A stretch of 64,000 nt of DNA from positions 81,923 through 145,922 of the forward strand of contig JAOPTQ010000046.1 in NCBI GenBank assembly GCA_051531915.1, written 5' to 3'. A program made the position numbers and the translations under genes. Source of the DNA: Colwellia sp. (GTDB lineage: Bacteria > Pseudomonadota > Gammaproteobacteria > Enterobacterales > Alteromonadaceae). Of this stretch, positions 8,794 to 18,196 are shown piece by piece (the stretch's first letter is position 1; each line of letters starts with the position of its first letter). Under the pieces are notes generated by a model. The model was given only the letters and a program-made list of their open reading frames with translations, did not search any database and was not told the origin of the DNA.

Positions 8794-10845
8794 ATGAAAC
8801 ATAAACTATTTAAATTAAACGCAATTGTTGCGGCGGTTTTTTGTACAAGCGCACTATCTGTAGCGTTTGCAGATGATGCTCAGCAGTTACAATCAATTGA
8901 ACGCATTACCGTAATGGGTGAAAAAACTGAGCGTTCACTCAAAGATACTAGCTCTTCAGTTTCTGTTATTACTGAAGAAGTCTTAAAAACGATGCAAAAT
9001 TTAAGCATGAGCGAAGCTATTGCTGATATTCCTAACGTTGTGGTTTTATCAGGTGCTGCACCCGATATTCGTGGTGTGTCAGGCAATGGTGGCGCATCAG
9101 GTTTTAATGCCTTTAGCGGCGGCGCTAAAACTCGTGTTTCTACTTTAATTGACGGTGTAGTAGAGCCCTTTGTTGCTTTTGTAACCGGTGATTCAGGTAT
9201 TTGGGATATTGAACAAATAGAAGTGTTTCGTGGCCCACAATCTACCAGTAATGGTCGCAATAGTATTGGTGGTGCAGTTTATATTAAAACGAAAGATCCT
9301 TCATTTGATTGGGAAGGTGCTGCTCGTTTAGGTTATAGAAATCAAGACAGCTATATTGATACCTCTGCTGTTATTTCAGGACCAATAATAGCTAATGAAC
9401 TCGCTTTTAGAGCATCATTTCAACGTTTAGATGGCGATACTATAGATAACCCCGTTATTTTTGATACTAATTTACCTGAGCATGATCTTAACGCAGTAGA
9501 AACCAATCGTTTAAAAGCAAAGTTGTTATGGAAACCTGCAGCTATTGAAGATTTTTCTGCACTATTGACTTACTCAACGAATGATGAAAAAGGTAATGCG
9601 GGGCGTAAATATTATGTTGGTGATGATCCTTATTCTTATCAACCTATCAACCCTACCTATATGGATACAGAATCAGAAACTGTTAGCGTAAAACTTGACT
9701 ATGTTATCAATGACTCTATTTCCATTGACTTTCTTGCGTCAGTAATGGATTTCCAATGGGCAATGGATACTTATGCTGAAACTGAAGCCGCAGAGCAATA
9801 TGTTAAAATGGATGAAGACAACATTATGCTTGATGCCAAAATTAATTTTGGCAACAATAATCCAACTTTGAATGGATTTGTTGGTTTGGCCTATTTTGAA
9901 CGAGAGCAAGATTTCTTTAGTTTAGGTGCTTACCCATACAATGGCGATGACACCAGTGATTCAACCGCTATTTATGGCGAAGTGAGTTACGTATTTGCCG
10001 ATGATTGGACCGTTATTGCCGGCGGAAGAATTGAAAAGGAAACACAAGAACGTGATTTTTCAATGCCGGGCAGTGGTATCAATAATGCTAAGTTGAATGA
10101 AAGTAATACCATTAACTTACCTAAGTTAGTTTTACAGTATAAAATTTCAGATGAAACCACTTTATCACTGAGTGGTCGTCGTGGTTATAATTCTGCCGGT
10201 GGCGCACTAAACTTTTCTACCCTAGAGTACTATTACTATGGTGAAGAAACCGTAAATACTTATGAATTTACAGTGCGTAGTAGTTTATCTGATGATATTA
10301 ACTTAAGTGCAAATGTCTTTTTCAACAATTTTGATGGCTACCAAGCATTAAGTTCATCACGTTCAATTGTTAACATGGATGACGCACAAACTTACGGTGT
10401 AGAGTTTGAAATGTCAGCCATGCTTACTGATAATTTTCAAGTGAATGCCGGTTTAGGTTTATTAAAAACTGAAATAAAAGATGCTGGCGAAAATTATGCT
10501 GATGCCACAGGTAATGAGTTAAACTCAGCACCTGAAATTACCGCTAATGTTGGCGGTAAGTATTGGCTAACTGAAGAATTAAATTTCGGCATTTCAGTAA
10601 ATTATGTTGATGAATACTTTGGTGACTTTGCTAATACCGAAGAACGCGTTGCTGGCGGTTATATGCTCACACGACTTAATGTAAACTATGAAACAGAAAA
10701 CTGGCTAGTTGCTGTATTTGTTAATAATGCACTTGACGAGCAAGAGCTTGTTTCTAACGAACCAGTTGGTAGATCATACCCTAGAGGCTATTCGTCAATT
10801 GTTGACCCAAGAAATATTGGTGCGTCAGTTACTTATTCATTTTAG
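8794..10845 (+). CDS. TonB-dependent outer-membrane receptor (siderophore/iron type)
   Basis: Signal peptide, plug region (IERITVMGEK, FRGPQSTSNGRNSIGGAVYIKTK) and C-terminal beta-barrel ending in ...SVTYSF. Confidence 0.9.
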   Translation: MKHKLFKLNAIVAAVFCTSALSVAFADDAQQLQSIERITVMGEKTERSLKDTSSSVSVITEEVLKTMQNLSMSEAIADIPNVVVLSGAAPDIRGVSGNGGASGFNAFSGGAKTRVSTLIDGVVEPFVAFVTGDSGIWDIEQIEVFRGPQSTSNGRNSIGGAVYIKTKDPSFDWEGAARLGYRNQDSYIDTSAVISGPIIANELAFRASFQRLDGDTIDNPVIFDTNLPEHDLNAVETNRLKAKLLWKPAAIEDFSALLTYSTNDEKGNAGRKYYVGDDPYSYQPINPTYMDTESETVSVKLDYVINDSISIDFLASVMDFQWAMDTYAETEAAEQYVKMDEDNIMLDAKINFGNNNPTLNGFVGLAYFEREQDFFSLGAYPYNGDDTSDSTAIYGEVSYVFADDWTVIAGGRIEKETQERDFSMPGSGINNAKLNESNTINLPKLVLQYKISDETTLSLSGRRGYNSAGGALNFSTLEYYYYGEETVNTYEFTVRSSLSDDINLSANVFFNNFDGYQALSSSRSIVNMDDAQTYGVEFEMSAMLTDNFQVNAGLGLLKTEIKDAGENYADATGNELNSAPEITANVGGKYWLTEELNFGISVNYVDEYFGDFANTEERVAGGYMLTRLNVNYETENWLVAVFVNNALDEQELVSNEPVGRSYPRGYSSIVDPRNIGASVTYSF

Positions 10846-10869
10846 TTTTGAAGGTAAACAATAATTAAA

Positions 10870-11002
10870 GTGCCTATGTAGATAACTCAGGAGTTTATTG
10901 TAAACGTCATCTTCGAAGTCTCTGATCGATGTATTGTTTTTTAGGCACCGGATCCCCGATTAAAAAACCACGGGGATGACGAACCTGGGCCAAGTGCGTA
11001 GT
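10870..11002 (+). repeat. MITE-like palindromic element, copy 1
   Basis: GTGCCTATGTAGATAACTCAGG...GTCATCTTCGAAG...CCCCGATTAAAAAACCACGGGGATGACGAACCTGGG...GTGCGTAG. Alignable with the copies at 11077, 25031 and 59729. Confidence 0.8.
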
Positions 11003-11076
11003 CATTAAAATTAAATAAAGTCTCCTTAATTACCAACTAAGGAGGCTTTTTAATTACTAACACTATATATTATTTC

Positions 11077-11258
11077 ATGCCTATGTAGATAACTCAGGCA
11101 TCCGTTGTAATCATCATCTTCGAGGTGCTTTTGCCTATAGGACGTAGGTACTTTGCTTTGGAACTACAAAACTGAATCGACGATCTAGGTGTTTTTATAC
11201 TTAGATTCCCGTTTAAGACACCACGGGAATGACGAATCTGAGTGAAGTGCATAGGCAC
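11077..11258 (+). repeat. MITE-like palindromic element, copy 2 (longest, ~45-nt internal insertion)
   Basis: ATGCCTATGTAGATAACTCAGG...ATCTTCGAGG...CTAGGTGTTTTTATACTTAGATTCCCGTTTAAGACACCACGGGAATGACGAATCTGAGTGAAGTGCATAGGCAC. Confidence 0.85.
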
Positions 11259-11331
11259 GGTATTTATTACTTTAGAAAATCAGTTAAGTAACAGCATGAA
11301 ATCATTGTGATGTTTAGGGTTCTTTTGTTGT

Positions 11332-13092
11332 TTAATAAACCCTATTGGTGATCCAAACTGTTTGATAAGGCGTAAGCGCTATGCTTTGTGTTATGTTGGT
11401 GATTTCAGTCGCTGAAATAAGTTCAAGCCAGGTTTCTGTGACAATGAGGTTAAGCTCACTTAACAACAATGTTATGGGTTTATCAGTGACATTACTAATA
11501 CAAAAAATGCTTTGTTTTCTATCTAAACTTTGTCGCCAAAAGCCAAAAAGCTGTAAACCTAAATGTAAGGTAAATTGTGTGGCGTTTGGATGAAAAGCCG
11601 GTTGGTTAATTCTTATATCAAGTAGTGATGTTAGTTTTTCTAGCACTTTTTTGTGATGCAATGTTTGATCAGCTAATGCTTCATTTAACAAATGTTCTTG
11701 CCAACGATGACGATTAATAGAGCGATTTTGATGAGTATCCGCTAATTTATCATAGTCATTTTTCGTGCCTAATAAACTATGAATATATAAGCCGGGAACA
11801 CCTTCGAGGGCGAACATTATGGTATGAGCACAAATAAAACGTTCAAAATTCCAATGGTCTTTCCCTTTTACGGTGCCTTGCATTGCGTCATAAAGAGAAA
11901 TGTTTAATTCATAGGCTTTTTGTTGACCGCTCTCTGTCGCTCGCCAAGATATTCTTCCACCAAAATTTTCAATGGCGGCAACTAATTCATTCAATTCTTG
12001 ATCGTTTAGCAATCCCTCTGCAGGTCTTAAACCAATACCATCGTGTGAGGCGATAAAGTTAAAATACATCGTGCCATTTTGAGCTGGTGGCATACTCATT
12101 AACCAGCGTTTTAGATATAAACAGTTACCGGTTAATAGCGTGTTTATCAATAACGGCGGTAATGAAAAATTATAAATTCCATGAGCTTCGTTGGCATTAC
12201 CAAAGTAAGTAAGATTTTGCGTATTGGGAATATTCGTTTCAGTAATAATAATTGCATCGGGTGTTTTTATTTCAATGAGCGTTCTTAATAATCTAACAAT
12301 TTCATGTGTTTGCGGTAAATTTATGCATTTGGTACCAACCACTTTCCATAAAAAGGCGATAGCATCAAAGCGAAAAATTGTGATGCCGCTATCAAGGTAT
12401 TGTTTTACGATGGCAACAAAGGCTTTTAATACCGCAGGATTTCTAAAATCAAAATCGACTTGGTCATGGCTAAAGGTACACCAAACAAATTTTTTCCCGT
12501 TATTTGTTTCAACTTCTTTGAGTAACGGTGATGTTCTTGGTCTGATCACCTCAGATAAGTTATTTTCTGGTAAAGCAGTATAGAAAAAATCACATCCTAC
12601 GCCTTCGCCTTTTATAAAATTAGCAAACCATTGACTACGGCTTGAGCAGTGATTGATAACAATGTCTGACATAACGTTATAGTCTTTTGCTATTGCCGTT
12701 ATATCAGTCCATGAACCCAGTGATTCATTCACCGATGAGTAGTCAATAACTGAAAAGCCATCATCTGAGCTATAAGGAAAAAAGGGTAAAATATGGACAC
12801 TATTTACCTGCTGACTAATGGTATTATCAAGAAAACGTTTGAGTGTTTGTAAAGGCTGTTCATCCTCTTTAATAATACTGTCACCGTAGGTAATTAAACA
12901 GATATCACGCTCTGACCAGTTGTTTTTATGAGGAATGGGGAGTTCGTGCTTATCCGTAATTTCCATCAATTCAAGCAGGTCTTGAGCAAGGCTTGAAGTC
13001 TCTTGTGCTAAGGTAATATATTGATAAATAAAATCAAGTTGCTGTGTTATTTTTTGTTTAAGGGGCGAGTTATTATTTGCCATTGACATCAT
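11332..13092 (-). CDS. GH13_18 sucrose-phosphorylase-family sugar phosphorylase (candidate glucosylglycerate phosphorylase)
   Basis: LITYGDSI, VHILPFFPYSSDDGFSVIDY, IVINHCS, IFRFDAIAFLWK, ITETN and YNFSLPPLL blocks match the sucrose phosphorylase family. Last gene of a 4-gene operon. Confidence 0.8.
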   Translation of the reverse strand: MMSMANNNSPLKQKITQQLDFIYQYITLAQETSSLAQDLLELMEITDKHELPIPHKNNWSERDICLITYGDSIIKEDEQPLQTLKRFLDNTISQQVNSVHILPFFPYSSDDGFSVIDYSSVNESLGSWTDITAIAKDYNVMSDIVINHCSSRSQWFANFIKGEGVGCDFFYTALPENNLSEVIRPRTSPLLKEVETNNGKKFVWCTFSHDQVDFDFRNPAVLKAFVAIVKQYLDSGITIFRFDAIAFLWKVVGTKCINLPQTHEIVRLLRTLIEIKTPDAIIITETNIPNTQNLTYFGNANEAHGIYNFSLPPLLINTLLTGNCLYLKRWLMSMPPAQNGTMYFNFIASHDGIGLRPAEGLLNDQELNELVAAIENFGGRISWRATESGQQKAYELNISLYDAMQGTVKGKDHWNFERFICAHTIMFALEGVPGLYIHSLLGTKNDYDKLADTHQNRSINRHRWQEHLLNEALADQTLHHKKVLEKLTSLLDIRINQPAFHPNATQFTLHLGLQLFGFWRQSLDRKQSIFCISNVTDKPITLLLSELNLIVTETWLELISATEITNITQSIALTPYQTVWITNRVY

Positions 13093-13096
13093 CCTT

Positions 13097-14326
13097 CTAA
13101 AGCTCGTTACTAAACTCTTGGTTATCTAATTCTACCGCTTCTTTTAATTGCGATAAAATATCAGGAACGGCACTAATAACACGATTCCAAGAGGGCATAA
13201 AAGGGGTTTCCATCGGTTGCTCTAAAAATATGTTACCCGCGGTTAAAATATTTTGGGCAAACATTTCTACTGACTTTTCTTCGGTGTGTAAATCTAATGA
13301 TAAGCCATTCATAATGGCGTCATTACGATAAGTTTCAACGTAGTCTAAAGCAATACGATAATAGGTTGCTTTAAGCGTTCTAAACTTTTCAGCGGTAAAC
13401 GTTTCACCTTGAGTTGCTAATTTTCGAATAAAGGCTTTGCTGATATCAATCGACATTTTTGATAACCCAGCTTCGGTATTTTCTAAGGATAAATCTTGAT
13501 GTTTATGATCGTAATTATTGGCAATATCAACCTGACAAATATGGTTTGATGAATAATTACGGTACATTTCTGAAAGCACGCCAATTTCTAGCCCCCAATC
13601 ACTGGGAATGCGAATATCTTTTAAAACATCTTTTCTAAAAGAAAACTCGCCTGCCAGTGGGTACAAAAAGCTGTCCATGTATTCTAAATAATCGCAATGA
13701 CCAACGGTTTTCTTTAATGCTTTTATTAATGGTGTCACTAATAAGCGCGACACTCTGCCGTTAATTTTTCCATCTGCAATACGTGCATAATAGCCTTTAG
13801 AAAAATCATATTGAAAAAGTGGGTTGGCAACGGGATAGAGTAATTTGGTCAATAAATCACGTTGATAAGTTAAAATATCACAATCATGTAAAGCGATAGA
13901 CTCAACTTTGTTCGACGCCAAAATATAGCCCATGCAATACCAAACATTTCTGCCTTTTCCTAACTCTTTTGGCGCTAACCCTAATGTTTGTAGTTTAGCG
14001 TCAAGCTCCTTTAATCGAGGTCCATCATTCCAAAGCACTCTATGGTGTTGTTTTAGCGTCGAAAAAAACGATAAAGCATGTTTGTATTGTGCTAAATCAG
14101 CTCTGTCTAAACCAATAACAATTTGTGATAAATACTTAACATCTTTTATTTTATTGATAATATCAGGCAGCGCTGCGCCTTCTAATTCAGAGAATAAAGA
14201 CGGTAATATTAACCCCAAGGGACGCGTTTTTGAGAATGTTAATAGCTCAGCTTCCATATCTGCTGGATCTCGTTGCGCTAGATTATGTAATGTTGTCACC
14301 ACACCATTTTGATAAAAATCAGTCAT
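13097..14326 (-). CDS. Glucosyl-/mannosyl-3-phosphoglycerate synthase-like glycosyltransferase
   Basis: 409 aa. N-terminal FYQNG..TLHNL and HDCDI (DxD-type) motifs, as I recall for the ~400-aa GpgS/MpgS family. Flanked by an MPGP-type phosphatase. Confidence 0.6.
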   Translation of the reverse strand: MTDFYQNGVVTTLHNLAQRDPADMEAELLTFSKTRPLGLILPSLFSELEGAALPDIINKIKDVKYLSQIVIGLDRADLAQYKHALSFFSTLKQHHRVLWNDGPRLKELDAKLQTLGLAPKELGKGRNVWYCMGYILASNKVESIALHDCDILTYQRDLLTKLLYPVANPLFQYDFSKGYYARIADGKINGRVSRLLVTPLIKALKKTVGHCDYLEYMDSFLYPLAGEFSFRKDVLKDIRIPSDWGLEIGVLSEMYRNYSSNHICQVDIANNYDHKHQDLSLENTEAGLSKMSIDISKAFIRKLATQGETFTAEKFRTLKATYYRIALDYVETYRNDAIMNGLSLDLHTEEKSVEMFAQNILTAGNIFLEQPMETPFMPSWNRVISAVPDILSQLKEAVELDNQEFSNEL

Positions 14327-14344
14327 GGTTTATCTCCCATTAAA

Positions 14345-15247
14345 TTAAATTGAATTAGGTCTAACTTGTTTTGGTACGGTTATCATTTGTTTTGGCATTA
14401 AGTGCTGCAGAGCTTCAGCCCAACCGGCAGGGCCAAAATTGGTTGTTTGATAAATTTGCGTTTGATTTATAAGTTTTGGAAAACCGTGCACAGGAGAGCG
14501 AACTTGTACTGCAATACTTGCTGCTTCTAACATAGCTATGTCATTTTCCCCATCTCCTAGGGCAATAGTACAAATGTTTTCTTCTTTATAATGATCTCTA
14601 TAGCATTGGGTTAACCACTTTAGCGCTAAGCCTTTATCAGTTTTACCGCTGACGTGAAAAAAGCGTCCGCCTTGCAGTATTGTTGCTCCTAAAGTTTGGA
14701 GGTGTTTGATAAATACTTGTTTAGTTGCTTGAGAGCCAAACCAATGAATTGGCTCGCCATAGGCTCTATTTTTAGCTAATTTAGCGTCAGCTTGGTTTAG
14801 ATTAGTCAGTTGTACTAGTTGCTTAACTGTCATTGACGAAAAACCTTGGTAAAGGTGGCGAAATTCTGGTGGCGTTTGTTCAATAATGTTCAACCAATGC
14901 TGTCTGGGTAAACAAAACGATTTAAGCCAATAATTTTGGTTGCTTTCTTCTTTATTTCCTTTTTTGTTTTCAGTATCTTGTGGTTGTTTTTTAAATAAAC
15001 CATAAGGAATATAAACAGCAGCACCATTTTCAATAATCATCGGTGTATCAATGGTAAGCGCCTGTTGTAGCTTGACTACTTCGGCTAAGGTTTTGCTCGT
15101 TGTCAGTATAATAGGAATATTTGCTGACTTTAGTTGCTTGATAGTCGGCAATGCATCATCAAATTGATAGGTGTTATGATCAAGTAAAGTACCATCGAGA
15201 TCAGAAAAAATTAAGGTGCGTGGTTCAGTCATTTTTCTTGCCTTCAA
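14345..15247 (-). CDS. HAD-IIB mannosyl-/glucosyl-3-phosphoglycerate phosphatase (YedP/MPGP family)
   Basis: LIFSDLDGTLLDHNTYQFD..., ILTTSKTLAEV, ALGDGENDIAML. The start may be the internal ATG at 15232. Confidence 0.75.
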   Translation of the reverse strand: MKARKMTEPRTLIFSDLDGTLLDHNTYQFDDALPTIKQLKSANIPIILTTSKTLAEVVKLQQALTIDTPMIIENGAAVYIPYGLFKKQPQDTENKKGNKEESNQNYWLKSFCLPRQHWLNIIEQTPPEFRHLYQGFSSMTVKQLVQLTNLNQADAKLAKNRAYGEPIHWFGSQATKQVFIKHLQTLGATILQGGRFFHVSGKTDKGLALKWLTQCYRDHYKEENICTIALGDGENDIAMLEAASIAVQVRSPVHGFPKLINQTQIYQTTNFGPAGWAEALQHLMPKQMITVPKQVRPNSI

Positions 15248-16109
15248 TGGCGCGGTTAACTTGACGGTTTTGATCTAATAAAAAAAGGGAATCAGCCGTT
15301 TGCGCTAAAGTTTTTAAACCATGCTCAGTTAGTCGTTGAAAATACCGAATAAAATCTAACACTTGTGTATCATTCATTATTTTACATTGCTCAGTAATCG
15401 GCAATGATTGAGCAAGCTTTTGTTCTTGCTCTAAACGCCAGCGATAAACACAGTCAAATGAAGGGGCTTGCAAAACTACCCAATAGTTGATGAATGAATA
15501 TAGTGGTTGATAATATTCAATTAATTGTTGGTTTACATAGTTTCGCCAAATACCTTGTTGATCTTTATGCTGTTCAAGCGCATTTATTGGTGTACTCAAT
15601 TGGCTTTGTTCTTGCGCAGAAACTCCCCAACACCAACCTTCTACAATGATAATATCAACAGGAGCGTTTATATGTTGCCATTCATTTTTGTCATTCGGCT
15701 CATCGGTTGCCTTGTTAAATGTTGGGATTGCAATCGCTGGGCATTGATCTTTTAATTGACCTAATACTTGTTTTAGTTTGGTAATATTGTGGGTTCCCGG
15801 CACACCACGGGTGTTAAAGAGTGGATGAATGTTTTTAGCCACTTTATTTCGTTCACCGCTAGACAGATAAAAATCATCTAGCGACATAACAACAACATTT
15901 AATGCCAACGAGGTTGATAAATATTCAGCCATAAATGCTGAAAGTGTTGATTTTCCACTACCTTGACAACCGTTAACGCCGACAAAATACGGAGACTGTT
16001 CAGCTTTATACTGCTTGAAAATACGTTGTGTTAGCGGTAAATAATGATCGACAGCCAATTTGTTGAAATCGTCAGATAATTTATTTCTTTTAATAAAATC
16101 TGTAATCAT
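15225..16109 (-). CDS. P-loop kinase of the D-glycerate 3-kinase (plant/cyanobacterial GLYK, COG4240) type
   Basis: GVNGCQGSGKSTL Walker A, SLDDFYL, RGVPGTH, PTFNKA and VEGWCWG blocks parallel GLYK as I recall it. It overlaps the phosphatase gene by 23 nt. Confidence 0.6.
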   Translation of the reverse strand: MITDFIKRNKLSDDFNKLAVDHYLPLTQRIFKQYKAEQSPYFVGVNGCQGSGKSTLSAFMAEYLSTSLALNVVVMSLDDFYLSSGERNKVAKNIHPLFNTRGVPGTHNITKLKQVLGQLKDQCPAIAIPTFNKATDEPNDKNEWQHINAPVDIIIVEGWCWGVSAQEQSQLSTPINALEQHKDQQGIWRNYVNQQLIEYYQPLYSFINYWVVLQAPSFDCVYRWRLEQEQKLAQSLPITEQCKIMNDTQVLDFIRYFQRLTEHGLKTLAQTADSLFLLDQNRQVNRAIEGKKND

Positions 16110-16506
16110 TATTCATGCCCTTTAGCTATCACACTGAATGTTTACCAATCAATTTTTAGACCAATTATTAAAAACAAACCCATACTAATTGTAGGGCATT
16201 GAAAGTAAACTGTTTTTAAGTATGTTTGATAAAGTGTTTAAATGGTGGTTTTGAATCTTTCAGTAAAGGTTGCCACCTAAAAAAATATTTATTCACTACA
16301 TTGGTGCGAATTTTCCATAACTATCAAGCAGGTCGCCGTTATTTAGCGGAACTAATATTTATTAATTAATTGTTTATAAAGGATGAAATGACTTAGACAA
16401 AAATAGAATTGTCGTACTATAATTATTTTTTAAGTTATAAATAAAAATAATAAAATGATGATCTTTGGCTGCTTTGGCTGATTTTGTTAAAATATTAGTT
16501 CAATGG

Positions 16507-18150
16507 ATGGTGTTTTCTATGTTTAAAAAGCCGGTATTAATTCCGATAATATCTTTGTTTTCCGCATTACTTAGTGTGCTTATTGTCTATTTAAGTTTTG
16601 CGGTGGTGTCTAATACTATTATTCAGCTGCTGCTTGTTTTTATTTTAATTTCTGTTGGTCATTATTTACTTTTTCATACGCTGCATTCTTTACCTTTTAA
16701 GCAACAACAAACAGCTCAATTAAAATCATTGGGTATTGAAAATGCTAATTTAATGTTGGAAGATTTTTTACAACAGCAGCTTGAAGGTATTGCCAGTACA
16801 GGGAAAAATATTGATGACAAAGCAAGTGAGCTTGCGATTAATTCAGCAGAAGTGAGTTTTTTCTTAGATAAACTGAATCATGATATTAATAAATCAGGAG
16901 AAGATGTTGATAGTCTTGTTTCTGCAGCTGAGCTGTTGTCATCAAATAGTAAAGAAATAAAGGAAAACGCAACAGTCGCTTCTCAGCAGTCGAACAAAGC
17001 GATGGATGCAACGCAAGCAGGATCAGAGTCTGTTAGTAGTAACATGAACATTATTACGCAACTAAATGATGATGTGATAAGTGCTTCTGAAAGAATCAAA
17101 TCGTTATCTCAAAAAACCCATGAAATACAAGATATTACCAATGTTATTGATGGCATATCAGCACAAACTAATTTATTAGCGCTTAATGCGGCTATTGAAG
17201 CTGCAAGGGCAGGTGAACAAGGGCGAGGGTTTGCTGTGGTTGCTGACGAAGTACGTGCTTTAGCATCAAAAACGGCAGAGGCAACGGATCAAATTGGTAC
17301 CATGTTAGGTCAGGTTAATTCAGAAACAGAAAATACCACTATAGTGATGAATAAAATTGTTGGTCAAACTGAAAGTGTTGTTGGTAGTATGGAAAATCTT
17401 TCTGATTTATTAATAAATATTAATCAATTAATGTCTGAATCATCAGGTGCAAGCGATCAAATTAGTGTCGCATTACAAGAGCATAATTGCACTGCCGATG
17501 AAATATCCAGAGCTATTGCTAATTTACATAATTTTTTAATCAGTAAAGGAAAAGACACCCAGCATGTTTCTTCAAAAGCCGATAAACTTTCACAAGGAAC
17601 TGAATCAATTTTTGTTGAGTTATCTCATTTTAATACTGATTCATTGATAGATAATATGTGTACAGTCGTTCAAAAATCGGCACAACAAGTCGTTTCATTA
17701 TTTGAGAAAAAAATAGCATTAAATGAAATAAGTCAGCATGATTTATTTCATTTTTCGTATGAAGAAATTAAAAACACTTCTCCACTTAAATATACAACGA
17801 GTTTCGATAAGTTTACCGATAAACACCTTCCTAGCATTCAAGAACCAATATTAGAAAAACATAACGAAATTATTTATGCCGGTGCTGTTGATATAAACGG
17901 TTACTTCCCGACACACAATAAGTGCTTTACTAAAGCCTTAACCGGAAATCATGACGTTGACGTGCTACAAAATAGAACCAAAAGAATATTTGATGACCCA
18001 ACAGGAATTCGCTGTGGTAAACACACGGATAAATTTTTATTACAAACGTATAAGCGTGATACCGGGGAAGTTATGCACGATGTTTCTGCGCCAATAGTTG
18101 TTAACGGTAAGCATTGGGGAGGATTTAGAATTGGCTTTAAAGCGAAATAA
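16507..18150 (+). CDS. Methyl-accepting chemotaxis protein with an extra C-terminal Cache/PDC-like domain
   Basis: Two N-terminal TM helices with almost no periplasmic loop. Canonical MCP hairpin ISAQTNLLALNAAIEAARAGEQGRGFAVVADEVRALA. About 160-aa C-terminal module ending in NRTKRIFDDPTG...QTYKRDTGEVMHDVSAPIVVNGKHWGGFRIGF. The start is ambiguous (TTG 16465, ATG 16507 or ATG 16519). Confidence 0.85.
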   Translation: MVFSMFKKPVLIPIISLFSALLSVLIVYLSFAVVSNTIIQLLLVFILISVGHYLLFHTLHSLPFKQQQTAQLKSLGIENANLMLEDFLQQQLEGIASTGKNIDDKASELAINSAEVSFFLDKLNHDINKSGEDVDSLVSAAELLSSNSKEIKENATVASQQSNKAMDATQAGSESVSSNMNIITQLNDDVISASERIKSLSQKTHEIQDITNVIDGISAQTNLLALNAAIEAARAGEQGRGFAVVADEVRALASKTAEATDQIGTMLGQVNSETENTTIVMNKIVGQTESVVGSMENLSDLLININQLMSESSGASDQISVALQEHNCTADEISRAIANLHNFLISKGKDTQHVSSKADKLSQGTESIFVELSHFNTDSLIDNMCTVVQKSAQQVVSLFEKKIALNEISQHDLFHFSYEEIKNTSPLKYTTSFDKFTDKHLPSIQEPILEKHNEIIYAGAVDINGYFPTHNKCFTKALTGNHDVDVLQNRTKRIFDDPTGIRCGKHTDKFLLQTYKRDTGEVMHDVSAPIVVNGKHWGGFRIGFKAK

Positions 18151-18196
18151 AGTTAGCAGAGATAACAATAAAGCCAATAGGGTATGAAGCGTATCC

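Noticed and set aside
8880-9260. A 126-aa minus-strand ORF inside the TonB receptor gene. Similar antisense ORFs occur at 12224..12583, 13932..14312, 18531..18947, 19218..19562, 21626..21931, 45177..45527, 48178..48501 and 58618..58893.
   Set aside because: All of them lie fully within, and antisense to, long ORFs with strong family signatures. Their translations are low-complexity, typical of shadow ORFs.
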